Below, in pieces: positions 13,096 through 28,511 of a DNA stretch of 64,000 nucleotides. The notes beneath the pieces are model-generated. The model ran no database searches. It was not told where the DNA came from and saw nothing but the letters and a program-made list of their open reading frames with translations. Origin of the DNA: the human T2T-CHM13v2.0 reference genome, Homo sapiens. The stretch lies in assembly GCF_009914755.1 (NCBI RefSeq), contig NC_060937.1; one strand, given 5' to 3'. The number at the start of each line of letters is the position of its first letter. The stretch's first letter is position 1. A program made the translations under genes and the position numbers.

Positions 13096-13699
13096 ATTAT
13101 TGTTATTGCATTTTTATAATGAAAAGGCCAAGGAAAGGGGTTTGCCTGAAGAAGGGAAGACAGTCCTCTAAAGGTGTATTGGATCACCACCTCTTATCAG
13201 ATAGAAATTATCTTCAGCATTTAAACAGTGGTTCTGTTTTAGAGTGTACCTAGCACATTTTGAAATACCCTAGAGTCTGTTTTCTCTAAGCACCTGGACA
13301 GGGCTTTGCAGGTGTCCTTGACATATGCCCTCAACTTGACCCATTGAGTGGACCTAGTTTGACCACCATCTCTTATATTCCGCATGCTCTTTAATGACAT
13401 TGAATATTTACTTGTCTTTGCCTTATTTTCTTAATTCATTCGTAGCTTGCTCCTGAGCCTTAAATTACTTTGAAGTGTATTACACATCCTTTGTATCCTC
13501 TATGGAATCTCATTCATAGTAGGGTCTGTGATAAACAATTGATTGGATAGTGAATATCTCTTACAGGCATGTAAGGAGGAATCAAGAAGCTGTGACATAT
13601 TCTGAGGACCTCCAAAGAACAACTTGCTACTGACTGGACTTCTCTCATCTTTTAGCATGTGAAGTTTTGCAAATATAATCCACTTTGCTCTGAATGTCC

Positions 13700-13985
13700 T
13701 GACACCTGCTTCAGAGCTCAAGATTCAGACTCCAGCCTGAATGTTATTTCCTGAGAAAATCCCTCCCTGACCCACTGTGCTGGTTAGGTCCACCTGCTAA
13801 TCACATCCACAAAACCCTCTGCTTCTCCTTCAAAACACTCATCTCCTCTGTAATGATCAGATGAACTCATGTCTTTCTCAGAGGACAATAAATTTGATGA
13901 ATGGGGACCATGGAAGTTTATTTCCATCTGTATCCCTACATCTAACTCATCTGCTGGTACCTATTTGTCATGTATTTAATAAGTA
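13700..13985 (+). mobile_element. L2 LINE 3' end
   Basis: aatgttatttcctgagaaaatccctccctgacc; ggggaccatg...catctgtatccc. Confidence 0.6.
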
Positions 13986-14314
13986 CAACTACCTATGCCA
14001 CCCTGCAATAAAATGATATTGTTACTTTCTCTTCTTTAGCTTTGGTCTGCTATTTTCTCACAAATATTTTTTCTATGCGCATTGGTTTGTCAGGGAGTAA
14101 AATGTCTGACATGTATATTATACTTTTATTATATTCAAATTACAGCTTAGGAACTTAATGGACTCAATGAAAAATACTACTTTTGGAAATGAGCACTTTG
14201 AGTTCTCAGCTTTCCTCTTCAATACTTTGTAACCCTACAGAGTGGCATGAATTTCTATAGCAGCAAGGATACAAGATCTCAATTTCTTGGACAAACCAAC
14301 ATGCAAGTAAATTA

Positions 14315-14665
<351 letters not shown>

Positions 14666-14769
14666 GGGAAAACATTAGGGATAAACTAAAGTTAACAAAT
14701 TTATTAGCATGAGGATAAAGACCTAATTAAGAGAAGCCAATGAAATTTTATCCTTTTCTAATACCCAGT

Positions 14770-15445
<676 letters not shown>

Positions 15446-15464
15446 CTAGGGTAATGAAGACTGA

Positions 15465-15953
<489 letters not shown>

Positions 15954-17104
15954 TAATTTAACTAAATGATCAACGAGTAGGTTCACAGAATGAAGGACAA
16001 CCAGACTTTACCAAAGCTTAGGTTGCCTTGTTTTTAGCCAATCAAACAATCAAAAGTTTTTCTGTGTGCTTTCCATGCATGAAGTACTTAATAATCAGTA
16101 GAATAATTAGTATCCAACATTGTTGAAAAATGTTCTCAACTCCAAGAAATGATTGTGCAGACCAAACAGCAAAATTCGGAGAGGACACTTTGTAAATTAT
16201 AAAGTGCTTGACTAAGCACTTTGCCAGTATATTCAGTGCAACCCTTTCAGAAAGAAGATTGTCGTCAATATCCTTGAAATTGCCTCTTACGTTGTCTTGG
16301 AAGTTCTGGTTATTAAAGAGAAGAGACACAGAACAAGGCTCTGAAGTTTTATCTTGACAAATTGACTGCATGGCAGCTTGTTCACAGGAGCTGAGATTTC
16401 ATCTGAATACTAATGCCGGCATTGTGTTGACTTTACCAGGTCAAACTCAAACACTCCAGCTCACAGTTCACCCACCGTACAAATTTTCTTCATTACTGCC
16501 ATGTCCTCACATTTTAAAAGTCTGCCTAGCAAGAAGTTACACACGTTTCAACACTGTCAACAAATGAGATCTGACAAGTAAACATTTTGCAGCAATGGGT
16601 TTTGAAATCTGTACTTTGATTGCCTTCAACTCCTGATGATATTGTATCACAGGTTCTTCACATGCTGGATGAAAAGTGTCCTTTCTTTTTGAAAAGCCAC
16701 AGGGAATCAATAAGGAGTAAGAATTTTTAACAAGCCTCAGCACCTCAAAGCTAAAGCAATTAGTTCACAAAACTTGACACGCCACCCTTTGAAGGTGAAC
16801 CTTGGCAACTTAGAGACAGGAGACTGGAAGAAAGTCTGTTTCACCAGCGATTTTCCTACAGAAACTGGGAGCCTTTGCACCTTGTTCGTTGCTCCCAAAG
16901 AGTAGACTAAATAAGCATTTTCACCAGCTGGCACTCAGGAAAACCCCAGAGTCCTCTGAACACAGAGACAAAGCCCCTTTAGGACACATGTGTGACTATT
17001 TCCAAGGCAGTTACAATAAAATCAAAGTGGCACCATTTTTTACAGATTCAAGGTCTCTTAATACAGCCTACATTTACACAGTGGAAATGGAGGGCTGAGA
17101 GTGA

Positions 17105-17310
17105 TGTTCTTAAGTAGAAGAGCACAATAGAAAGATTCGACCTGAAAGTCAGGAGACTTGCATCTTAGTCCAAATTCTATTTGTTCTGGTTTTTGTTGTT
17201 GGTGGTGGTGGGAGATAACTTCTTCAGCCCCCAGTTTCCTCTCCTGTAAAATAGAAAATTATATGCCCTGTCCAACCTACTTCACAAAGATATAACTATA
17301 GAAATTATAT
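17105..17310 (+). mobile_element. MIR SINE
   Basis: aagtcaggagacttgcatcttagtcc; cagtttcctctcctgtaaaatag. Confidence 0.7.
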
Positions 17311-17390
17311 GTGAGCATATTTCTGGTATTATCAGTCTTTTTATGTAAGCTATTCCAAAGATATTAAGTGGCTATTTATTGTCAGATTTG

Positions 17391-17982
17391 TTTTTTTTTT
17401 TTTTGCCTTCAACTTTTATTTTATGTTCCGGGGTACATGTACGGGATGTGCAGGGTTTTTGCATAGATAAACATGTGCCATGGTTGTTTGCTGCACAGAT
17501 CACCCCATAACCTAGGTATTAAGCCCAGCATCCTTTAGCCATTCTTCCTGATGCTCTTCCTCCTCCCACCCTCCACCCTCCAACAGACCCCAGTGTGTGT
17601 TGTTCCCCCTAAATGTTCATGTGTTCTCATCATTCACTATCATTCATAAGTGAGAACATGTAGTGTTTGGTTTTCTTTTCCTGTGTTAGTTTGCTGAGGA
17701 TAATGGCTTCCAGCTCCATCCATGTCCTTGCAAAAGACATGATCTCATTCCTTTTTATGGCTGCATAGTATTCCATGGTATATATGTACCATATTTTCTT
17801 TATCCAATCTATCATTGATGGGCATTTGGGTCGATTCCATGTCTTTGCTATTGAGAATAATGCTGCAATGAACATAAACATGCATGTATTTTTAAACAGA
17901 ATGCTTTATGTCCCTTTGGGCATATACCCAGTAATGGGATTGTTGGACCAAATGGTGTTTCTGCTTCTAGATCTTTGAGGAA
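17391..17982 (-). mobile_element. 5'-truncated older primate L1 (L1PA13-16-like) 3' end
   Basis: poly-T, then L1 3'UTR; ORF 17630-17881 is the ORF2 C-terminus (MFIAALFSIAKTWNRPKCPSMIDWIKK). Confidence 0.93.
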
Positions 17983-18019
17983 CCAACTGTGTGATCATAT
18001 TTTATAAAGTGTAAATGAC

Positions 18020-18470
18020 TGTCTTAGTTTGAATTCCCGAAGAAACAGATGCTGAGACAAGAATTTGAGTGCAGTAGTTCACTTGGAAAATAATTCCAGG
18101 AAACACCAGTAGGGGAAAGGGAAAAGAGGCAGTACTGGGCATAATATCAAATAAATTCTTACTGTATGTAACTGACTTCGTTTGGGTGGGAACTCTGGGA
18201 AGCAACACAGGACACATACCTCAGGGTTCTCTCACTGGTGGTCCTGCTGAGCGCATACACACCAACTCTCTTCAGCCATTGAGAAGGGTCTTGTGGGTGA
18301 GTGGAAGTTAATACTTGACACTTCAGCCTACTACATGCAGAGACTGATCAGGTTCAGAGAAAGTCAGAGAAAGCTGCTAGCCAAAGAGATGTCAGTCCTG
18401 GGAGTTGGAAGGGGCTTGGTGTACACTTAAATGGCAACAGCCAGGTGGGTATGAGCCAAGCCTTGACATC
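18020..18470 (-). mobile_element. ERVL solo LTR (LTR16-like)
   Basis: tgtcttagtttgaattccc...cagatgctgagacaagaatttgagtgcagtagt...ccaggaaacaccagtaggg resembles the recalled LTR16 3' end. Confidence 0.6.
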
Positions 18471-18519
18471 TCTGAGATAGAATCCAGGCTTTCTGTAACC
18501 TACTAAGATGATCTTTCCC

Positions 18520-19309
18520 CTTTTTTATTAAAAAAAATATAGAATAGAACAGAGAAAATATAACAAATATCCATTATGCAGAATTAACAAAGTTGATATA
18601 TTTGTTAAGTTTCTTTTAAATATATTTTAAGAAAACAGAAGAAAAAAACCTTCAGACCAGCTGAACTCTCTTTTGCGATCATTTCAGTCCTTTTTCCTTT
18701 TCTCACTTCAGAATTGGAACCACTATCATGAATTGGATGAAAATTTTGACCTTTGAGTTTTTATAAAAGTTTTGCCAAGAAAGTTTCTATAACCAACTTA
18801 TACTGCTGTTCTGTTTGTTTTACAAATTAATAGGAATAAAATAAATGTTGTGCGTCATTCTGAATACTTGTAATTTTCACTCAAGATTATTTTTGAAATC
18901 TGTTCATGCAGAAACATTTATCTTCAATTGTTCTACAGCAAGAGTCAGCAAACATTTTCTGCAAAGGGCCAGATCATAAATATTTTAGGCTTTGTGAGCT
19001 ACATAGTCTCTGTCACAACTACTCAATTCTGCCGTTATGGCATAAGAGCAGCCATAGGCTATAAGGCAAATGAAGAAGCATGTTTGTCCTCCAATAAAAC
19101 TTTATTGACAAAAACAGTCAGTGGGCTCTGCTTCTTCTCTGCAGCATTTCATCACAAGAACATACCAAGTTGCATTTATCTATGTCTCAGCAGCTGGCCA
19201 TTTAGATCATTTCTAATATTTTGCAATTATAAGTCATGATTAAATAAATATATATGTCTCTTTAATAGTTATGTAAGAATTTCTCTTGGTGTTTACTTTA
19301 AAAATTCCT
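18520..19309 (-). mobile_element. ancient L1M 3' relic, interrupted by MER58A
   Basis: antisense L1M-like ttttcactcaagattatttttgaaatctgttcatg; catttagatcatttctaatattttgc. Confidence 0.55.
18940..19127 (+). mobile_element. MER58A hAT-Charlie DNA transposon
   Basis: gtcagcaaacattttctgcaaagggccagatcataaatattttaggctttgtg...acaactactcaattctgcc...ccaataaaactttatt. Confidence 0.88.
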
Positions 19310-19596
19310 GGTCAGGTGCAGTGGCTCACGCCTGTAATCCTAGTACTTTGGGAGGTCGAGGTGGGTGGATCACTTGAAGTCAGGAGTTCAAGAACAGCCT
19401 GACCAACGTGGCACAACCCCATCTCTAATAAAAATACAAAAAAATTAGCTGGGCATGGTGGCGTGCACCTGTAGTCCTAGCTACTCTGGAGGCTGAGGCA
19501 AGAGAATCACTTGAACCTGGGCAATGGAGGTTGGCAGTGAGCCGAGATCGCACCACGGCACTCCGGCCTGGGTGACAGAGCAGGACTCTGTCCTCA
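19310..19596 (+). mobile_element. Alu (AluSz-like) with no poly-A tail
   Basis: full dimeric Alu body ending ggactctgtcctca with no A tail. Confidence 0.95.
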
Positions 19597-20194
19597 CTAA
19601 TAATCAGAGAAATGCAAAATAAAATGGTAATACTTTTTGATGTAGCCAACTTTTTCAATTTGTTTTATAAATTATGTTTTTGAACTTTTTTTTCAAAATC
19701 CTCAAGATAGTATAAAATATTCAAATCTTAGTTTACCTTTATTACAGCCCCTTCTTGGGGTCTATTTCTATGCACAGAGTCCAACTACAGCTTCTCCTTT
19801 ATCTCTGGGCCCACAACCTCCACTTCCAGCCCTGGGTTGGTGCTGAAATCCAACTGTCTTCAGTGTGTGTTCAGTCCTCAAAGACAGACAACTCCACTTC
19901 TCCTAGATTGGAGTTCTTTTCTCATGTTTAGCACCTGAAGATTCCTCTTTCTTGCTATTAAGTTTGACTTTATGTTTTTTGTTGTATTTTACCAAGTATT
20001 TTTATCTTTTGGAGTAGGAATGGAAGCTTTTCATTTCTACTTGGGTCTACCAGATGTTTGCAAGTCCCTGTCACAATCTATTCACATTGTGCTTCTCCAA
20101 ATGGACACCAAACTCTGTACCTGCAAGATTCATAATAAAATTGGTAGCCTGGAAATGTAGCTGGCAATATTAGCTCTACTTAGTACCACATTAT

Positions 20195-20365
20195 GGCCCG
20201 TTAAGCCTAAATTGTGAACTTGTTGAGGGAAGGGACAATACGTTATATATCATTTTATCTCCAGCATCTATCACAGAGTATTAGATGCTAATGTATTACA
20301 CATATAATACAATAATATGACATTGTCGTAGGTACTTGATAAATGTATACATAAAGAGTGCATGA
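20195..20365 (+). mobile_element. L2 LINE 3' end
   Basis: attgtgaacttgttgagggaagggac...atctccagcatctatcacag...gtaggtacttgataaatg. Confidence 0.65.
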
Positions 20366-20619
20366 AATAGAAAAATGTCAAGAGGCTTTATGGGACCTAC
20401 CTTGCAGAAGGGCATAAGAATCGCCACAGTGATTTCTGGACTGGATACTAAGAATAAATTTACTTAATATTATTCATTTAGTGCCTATTGTGAGTAAAAT
20501 CCATATCAGCTTTGAAGGATGATATAGAAAATAACACAAATTATTTTACTCTGCAAAAGCCATAGACTCCTTGCTGTCTCATAAAAGAGCAAAGACAACA
20601 CATATCAAATATTGCAGAC

Positions 20620-20647
20620 TGTGTGTGTGTGTGTATATATATATATA
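20620..20647. repeat. compound (TG)n(TA)n microsatellite
   Basis: seen directly. Confidence 0.9.
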
Positions 20648-21070
20648 CATAAGTAATAGACTGTAGTAATGGTTAAACTGCAAGTTCTATAAAAGTTTGA
20701 GAATTTGAGAGATCCCTATGGAAAGATATCTTAAAGGAGGAGAGATTTGGTCAGATTTTTCCCAGAATGGCAGCATTTGGATAGCTCACCAGAGAGAGCC
20801 TTCCTGGCAGAGGGAACAGTACATGGCTAAAGCTCAGCAGATAAAAATCAGTGCAGTGTCATGGAGGTGATTTATTTCTGCCTTCATTGAAACCGCTGAA
20901 TATTGCCCAGTCTTCTCTACTTTTGCAGCCACATCTGGAAAGGGAGATAGTATGGCATACCTAGCAACGAGTGAGGCTTGGAAACACATTTTGTGGGAGA
21001 TACTGAAAGGAAGGGTGAAGACTGCATCTCATAGGGCGTAATACCTGGTGACTATAAAAGTCATTTTCAA

Positions 21071-21373
<303 letters not shown>

Positions 21374-22149
21374 CAACCTCTCTTTTTGTTTCTAGGCTGT
21401 ATCCCAGTAGAAGACTCAAAGGCACCTCTGATTGTCTCTCCAGCATAGTAATTCTGGAAACCAAGATCTGTATTTTGTTCTTTCCCATAGGCCATGTGCT
21501 CTAAGGGCCGAGATACAGGACTGGCAGTAACAGTGGGTACCACACATGGCTAATAAGAGTGCAGAGGCTGAGGGTATCTGAAGAAGACACTGATTTTTGG
21601 CCAAGGTCTGGTGAATTTGCACTCGTGGCTGCAGAAATCATCCTGGCGCAAAACAAGCTTTAAATCTTTCATTTGGGGGAAACGATCATGAAAGTGCCTA
21701 GAAAATAAGTTAGCACATGATATGCTTCTTTTTTTCTTTTTATTTACTTGACTTAAGGCAAACTGTTGTAGTAATAAGGAACATTGTTTTCCACTTGCTC
21801 ATCTCCAGTCTCACTTTGATTGTGTGTGGACACACTGCCCTGGCTCTCACAAGTAGCCCATTAGCAGTCACATCTTTGTGCATCTGGGGCCCAGACTGCT
21901 GTTTTCTCTGCTGCTAAACAACTCTATTTCCTTCCCTAACCTCTACCTCTTCCCCAGCATGGAATGATGGTCCCTGAGTCTTTATTTTTGTCATGAATTA
22001 AGGATTCTTACCTGACTGTATTTGCTAACTTTACAAAATGAGAGAATAGTGACCACCTCAAGTACATCCGAGAACAATTCTCCAAATTTTAAGAAAGTAA
22101 GAATATGCAATGTCAATTAGTGGAAAACTATACAAATTATTTGATTTAT

Positions 22150-24850
22150 CAGAATAGATTTTAAAGATGAAAAAGGCTCAGACTAATTAAAAATGAGCAA
22201 AAGTGTAGACACTGTACTGAAGAAGAAATAAAGGTGCCAAATAAACATATAAAAAGTTCCCCTTCATTTATCACTTGCATATTTCAAATTAAAACAACGA
22301 GATATCACTATATACCTTTAGAATAGCTAAAATTAAAACAACAGCAGCAACAACAACAACAAAACCCTGATAATACTAACTGATGGCAATGATGTGGAAC
22401 AAGAGGAACTCTCATTCATTGCTAGTGTAAATGAGAAGTGGTACAGCCACTTTGGAACACAGTTTGGAAGTTTCTTGTAAAGCTATACATTGTCTTACCA
22501 TATAATCCAGCAATGTAATGCTACTAGATATTTACTTAACTGATTTGAAAACTTAAAAACCTCGTATAAATGATTATAGCAACTTCATTTATAATCACCT
22601 CAAACTGAAAGTAACCAAGACGTCCTTCAAAGGTGAATTGATGAACAAACTGTAGTATGCTCATATAGTGGAAACTATTCAAGAATGCAAAGACTGAGCT
22701 ATCAAACCTGCCAAGGTATGGATGAATCTTGAATTAATATTGCTAAGTGAAAGAAGCTAGTCTAAAAAGGCTACATACTATATGATTCCAATTACATGAC
22801 TATATGGAAGAGGCAGAACTATGGAGATAGTAAACGGATGAGTGGTTGCTAGAAGTTCCATAGGGGAAAGGAAAAGAGTTGAGTACATGAGCATAAAGAA
22901 TTTTTTTAGACTGGTAAAACTATTCCATATAATATTCTAATGGTAGATACTTGCCATAATGTATTTGTCAAAACCCATAGAACTTTACAGCAAAAAAGTA
23001 ATTTATGCAAATCTTTAAATATCTCTTAAGAGGTCTGGAAATCCCAGGATTGAATATAGAATGTGGCAAAATTATCCCACCATATTACAAATGTACGAAA
23101 CAAGCTCACTGATGGGCATAGGAGTAAAGGTGCTGACCTAAGTAACTTTGACAATGAGTGGAATCTATGAGACTAAAGGCTGAAAGAAGCACACAGAAGC
23201 ACTGCACTGTGGCTGATAAAGTTGCTGCCCAACAGGTATGTGGATTAATGATTCTGAAACCCCTATACATGTATACTAGAATTGAACAAAAACTAAATTA
23301 ATTTAATGTATATGCATGTAGAATTACAAATATATTTTCTTGCTCTGTCAGCAGAGGGGGCCTAGAAGCAATGATATTCTGGGAGCAGAGAGCCTACCTA
23401 GCCCCCAGATTTTGGTTTCTGATAATTATTCTCTAATAAAATGAACCAAGGTTCTTTGGAGAAGCGACTGATTGTAGAATGAGGACAGGAAATATTCGAG
23501 ATGAACTTGGAGTAATTTGTGCTGCAAGAAAATAAGAAAGTGCCAAAAAGTAGTTGAAAACCCCACAATGATGGGGTATACCAAAGAACGTAGGAAGTAA
23601 CTGAAAGGGTTCCCAGTGAAAGAAGCATTGGATTATAAACATATGAAATAAAAATTCACAAACTCATACTGATATAGAAAATTATGGAATACAAACTATC
23701 CATCTGGGAACAGATATACACAATGGAATATTAAAATGAAGTCCTGTAACTTGTAGCAACATAAATGGAACTGGAAGTCATTATGTTAAGTGAAATAAGC
23801 CAGGTACAAACAAATATGGCACGTTCTCATTCATATGTGGAAGTGGATCTCATGGAAGCAGAGGGTAGAATGGGGGTTATCAGAGGTGGGAAGGGAAGCC
23901 GGGGAGAGCAGAGATGAGGAGAAGTTGGTTAAGAGGTACAAAAATACAGTTAGATAGAAGAAACAAATTCTAGTATTAGTAGAGTAGGATAACTATAGTT
24001 AACAACATTGTATTTTATACTTTAAAGTAGCTAGAAAAGAAGATTCATAATGTTCTCATCACAAAGATAAATGTTTGAAGTGATGGATATTCCAATTACC
24101 CTGATTTGATCATTACACATTGTATACAGGTATCAAAATATCACATGTACCCCCAAAATATGTACAACAATTATATAGCAATAAAAATAAGGTTAGAAAA
24201 ATAAAAGGGGGTGAGGAAATAAATGCCCCGTGTAGACTAAATCCAAATAATTAGCATACATATTCTGCCCTTAGGAAGATGGAACTTAACTCTCCACTTT
24301 TTAAGTGTGGGCTGTGCATGGTGGCCTCCTTCCAAAGAGTTTAGCATGAAAAAGGGAGAAAAAACTTGTAACTTAATAGAGGAGAAACCTGACAAACACT
24401 ACCTCGCCCAGGTAGTCAAGGTTAGCAATAGTGATGAGTCCTGTTGATTGTGATGTGATTAGAATGGCACTTTACTTCTGTGGGCTTCCTTCCAAAAATT
24501 CACAATACCAATGTAATCGTGAGAAAAAAAATCACACATCCCAAGTGAGGGACATTCTGCAAAATTCCTGACCAGTATTCCTCAAAACTGTCAAGGTCAT
24601 CAAAAACAATGAAAGTCTGAGAAACTGTGGCAAGCAAGAGGAACCTAAGGCAACACGGTGACTAATGCATGATGTATGAATAAATATTGACTAGCTAATA
24701 ATAATGCATAGTCTTGGTTCATTAACTGCGGTCTATCTATCATAGCAATAGAAGATGTTAATAATGAGGAAAATCGGATGTGGGGTATATATGAGAATGC
24801 TCTGTTACCTTTCCAACTTTAGTGTATTCTGAAATAAAGGTTTTATTTAA
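22150..24850 (+). mobile_element. L1MC/L1MD-type LINE-1 relic (ORF2 end plus long 3'UTR)
   Basis: degenerate ORF2 3' motifs (aaattaaaacaacgagatatcacta, ggaactctcattcattgct, ggtacagccactttgga); 3'UTR gagaaacctgacaaacactacct, cctcaaaactgtcaaggtcatcaaaaacaa. Confidence 0.85.
23710..24190 (+). mobile_element. L1MA-type 3' end nested in the older L1
   Basis: ggaactggaagtcattatgttaagtgaaataagccagg...aaaatacagttagatagaag...ccctgatttgatcattacacattgtatac...A-rich tail. Confidence 0.85.
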
Positions 24851-26199
24851 AAACAATAAGGGTTTTATAAAAATTTCTATTACTTTAAAAAGCACTGCTC
24901 CACCCTGGCTTAGCAGACCTTGTAATGAGACCTGAATAGGCTTTATTTTACACAAAAGATTATGTACTCCAGGGATCTGACAGAAATTTACTATAAATTA
25001 TATTTAAATATATTCTCACTGTTCAAAATCAGAAATAAAACCAACATGCTTCTTAAAATGTGTTACATAGCACATCTCAACATTGGAATCAACTGATATG
25101 TTATCCTGTCCCATCTACTGGATTCATGTTTGTGCAGTGCTTCCTTAACCACCTCTATATAAGCAGAGGGTATTGTGATAATGCAAGGTAAGTTGTTTAA
25201 AAAAAAAATCACCACTTGCATCTCCCTATCTGTGTGAATATGGACTCTCTCCAAGTTATGTAAGCAAAAGCCATGACAGATATTGGCTGCAGGTTCATTT
25301 ATCTTCAACTTTCCGGTATAATCTCAATTTTGAATTGTTTGTGTTTACTGAAACAACTTCATGAAGTGACTTTAAAAAATACAATGTAAAAATATATTCT
25401 ATAATTTCAATGTTATAAAGTACATTTATATTAATAAATATTATTGTTTAATATCCTGGAATGCTGTTTTATATATTGGTTCTATGTATTATATTATTTA
25501 ACTATAAGGGGCGTTTCTGTTGGTTTTTTTAAAAAAAAGCCTTGAAAGCTACTTTACTACAACAAAACCTAGTCTCTACTGCAGCCAGGAATTGATATAA
25601 TAAATAATTCATTTATGACCCTTGTCACATATGGCTGTTTTCATTAAAAATTCTCCAAGTTCAGAATTAAAGCTTGCATGCAAAAAGAAACAGGCCTGAA
25701 ACTTAACAAGCAAGATGGCTCAGACTCCCAAACCAATTACCAGTAAACAGTGTTTTCTTTTCTGGTAGGAGAGGTAAAAGGATAGGCAAAGGCCTGATTG
25801 TGATGTGTTGGGTGATGTTTTTTATACCTAACTAAATATCACATGAATCACTCTGTGAGCCTCAGTTAATGTGTCTATATGTAGATATGAAAATACCTGA
25901 CCCGCCTAAAAGAGAAAGGGCGGGGACACCAAAGGCCCCGAGACTCCTCATGGTTCTAAGATCAAAAATGTTTTTGCCTTTATCCAATTTACCAAATGAT
26001 CAGGCATAAAGAATTGCATTTGTTTTGTGCTATCCTAATTGAACAAGTTGTTTTTGTTCTTCCATTTCCTAGTTTCTCATCTATTGCATCTTTTCTACAT
26101 CCTTTACTCTTTTCAGCAACCCTGAATACTTCCAAACCTAATGAGTTGCATCCCCCAATCCTATTGGTCCATAATTTTGTTTGAAAGTCAGATGTGATT

Positions 26200-27455
26200 T
26201 TTGGCCTGTGTAATATTTGAGAATTAATTTTCCCCTTCCTATCTCCATGGCATAGCTGTCTCCTAGGTTCTACTGCATCTCTGGTTGTTCCTTTGTGGTC
26301 CTCTGTGGTTCCTCTTTCTCTGACTCAGGCCTTAACAGCAGACACTCCCTAGGGCCCATTTTGAGTTTCTACTCTTCTTACTTTTCACACCCTCCTGGGT
26401 GACATAATCAATATCCAGGGCTTCGACTATTAGGCAGCATGCAAATAACTCGAGAAACCTAGATTTTTGGTCAGGATTACTCTAGTGAATTCCAAGTCTT
26501 TATTCAAGTCTGCTAAATTCTTCCACTTAGTTGTCTCACAGGTATTTCAAATTCTTCATGTCTAAAACTGATTGTATCATACCCACACCCAATTCCCAGC
26601 ATATTATTATATCCCTCACCTAGCAAACCTGAAGCCTAGGAGCATTTTAGAATAAATTAGCACAGTCTTGTGCTAACTTACTATGACATCTGTTTTGCTC
26701 CTCCTGCTTCTCCATTTCCAGACCCATAGTATAACACTCTTATTATTCTCACCTGGATCTTTCAACTAGTTTCTTTGTTCCCAGTCTGACCTCCCTTCAA
26801 TCCATCTTTCTCAATCCATCTTTATATTTTAGAAAGAATTTTCTAAAATATAAGCCATTTCTTAATAACATCCAGCAATAGGATACTTTAGAATAGTCAT
26901 TCTTCTTCATCTTAGGACATAAACTCATCACCACAGTCCTATATGTGGCATCTACCAAGAATCCACCACCCCTCTGTTGTTTTTAGAAAATAGTTTTTTA
27001 TTTTTATTTATAAATCAACACATAATAATTGTACATATTTATGTAGTACATAATGATGTTTTGATACATGCAATGTATAGTGATCAGATCAGGGTAATCA
27101 GCATCTTCACTATATGAAATATTTATTATTTCCTTGTGTTGGGAACATTTAATATCCTCCCTTCTAGCTATTTGAAAATATATAATGTGTTTGAAACATC
27201 TCTGAGATCTCTCTCTACTCCCCTTTTTCATCATCTAGCCTTTCCTAACTGGCCCCATCTTATTTATTTATTCTTTCTCTATCATATCTTTTACCAAAGT
27301 AAAATATAACCACTTATGTACTTATTTCAACTCTTCATTAGACTCTAAGTTCCTTGAGGTCAGGAATGTGTCTTATTTTACTTTATATTCCCAACACATA
27401 ATTCAGTTGCCTGATACGTAGCCAACATTTAAAAATCTTTGCTGACTGAATGACA
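26200..27455 (+). mobile_element. L2 LINE relic with nested L1MA
   Basis: ttccacttagttgtctcacaggtatttcaaattcttcatgtctaaaactga; 3' end tagactctaagttccttgaggtcaggaatgtgtctta...gactgaatga. Confidence 0.75.
26993..27188 (-). mobile_element. L1MA 3'-terminal fragment
   Basis: ataattgtacatatttatg...gatgttttgatacatg...gtgatcagatcagggtaat. Confidence 0.85.
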
Positions 27456-28335
27456 CAAATAGGCACATTATTATTATTTTTTAAAGAGAAGCACATCACA
27501 TGCTATACAATTTATCATCTCAGTTTATCTACTTCAACAAGTCCTGATTTTCTTTTTTCTATAGGGAACAATTTGTAACCAAAGAGCTTTTATTTAGTCA
27601 GCCAAGCAATAATAATGAAAGGAAACAAATGAATTCACGCTGCTACTAATAGCAAGGTTATCTTGTATATGATAGATGGTCATTCATAAAATTCCCTATT
27701 CAATCTTCAGAATTTTAATCAAATTGTGGAAGTTGAGGCAAGAGAAAAAGATGATTTTGTCCCATTTATCAAAGCTATGCTCAGAAGAAACCAATAAGCA
27801 GCAGCCATTTAGGAGTAATGATGGACAGGAAGAGGTCAAAAGCAGGGAGAGAAAGAGATGATTTTTTAAAAAGTCAGAAGCCTTTAATTTTAATGGTCAT
27901 TTTTTATTGGCATGACCATTGTGGTCTTCCTACCAGACTATGTGCTGCTCGTGATTGACAGAAGCAAAAAAGACTATGAGAAGGAGTGACTGGCTGAAGA
28001 AAACCTCAAGAGTTGAAGGTGCCATTTAAAACTGATTTTTCAGTTATTTAAGCTATTGAGGTTGAATATAGGCCAGTATTAATAATTGTTAATAATGTAC
28101 TGAGAAATGAAGGGCTGTAAAAAGAACATATTTAGTATACTCATCCAAAAATATATCCAAAAGTATATGAAATAGAATGCTTCGTATGTTACTAGAAGTG
28201 TCACATTTATTATGATAATTATTACTGTAAACAAAAGGCTACCTTGAACACCATAGCCTATGAAGAAAAAAAGTCAATGAAAAGATACAAATCAAATCAG
28301 TTATCAACACTTAGAAGAGTAAATGGTACTAGGAG

Positions 28336-28510
28336 ATATATACATATATATATATATATATGTATGTATATATAAAAGACTAAAGAGTATATATATACAC
28401 ACATATGGAAGTATATATATTATATATACATTTGTATGGAGATATATACATACACTATATATATTTTCTCTCTCTGTCTCTCTATATATATCTATATATA
28501 CATATATATA
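28336..28510. repeat. (TA)n-rich low-complexity repeat
   Basis: seen directly. Confidence 0.9.
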
Positions 28511-28511
28511 G

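Noticed and set aside
16201-16222. AAAGTGC (miR-17/miR-302-type seed) in a hairpin
   Set aside because: The stem is only 9 bp, far too short for a pre-miRNA
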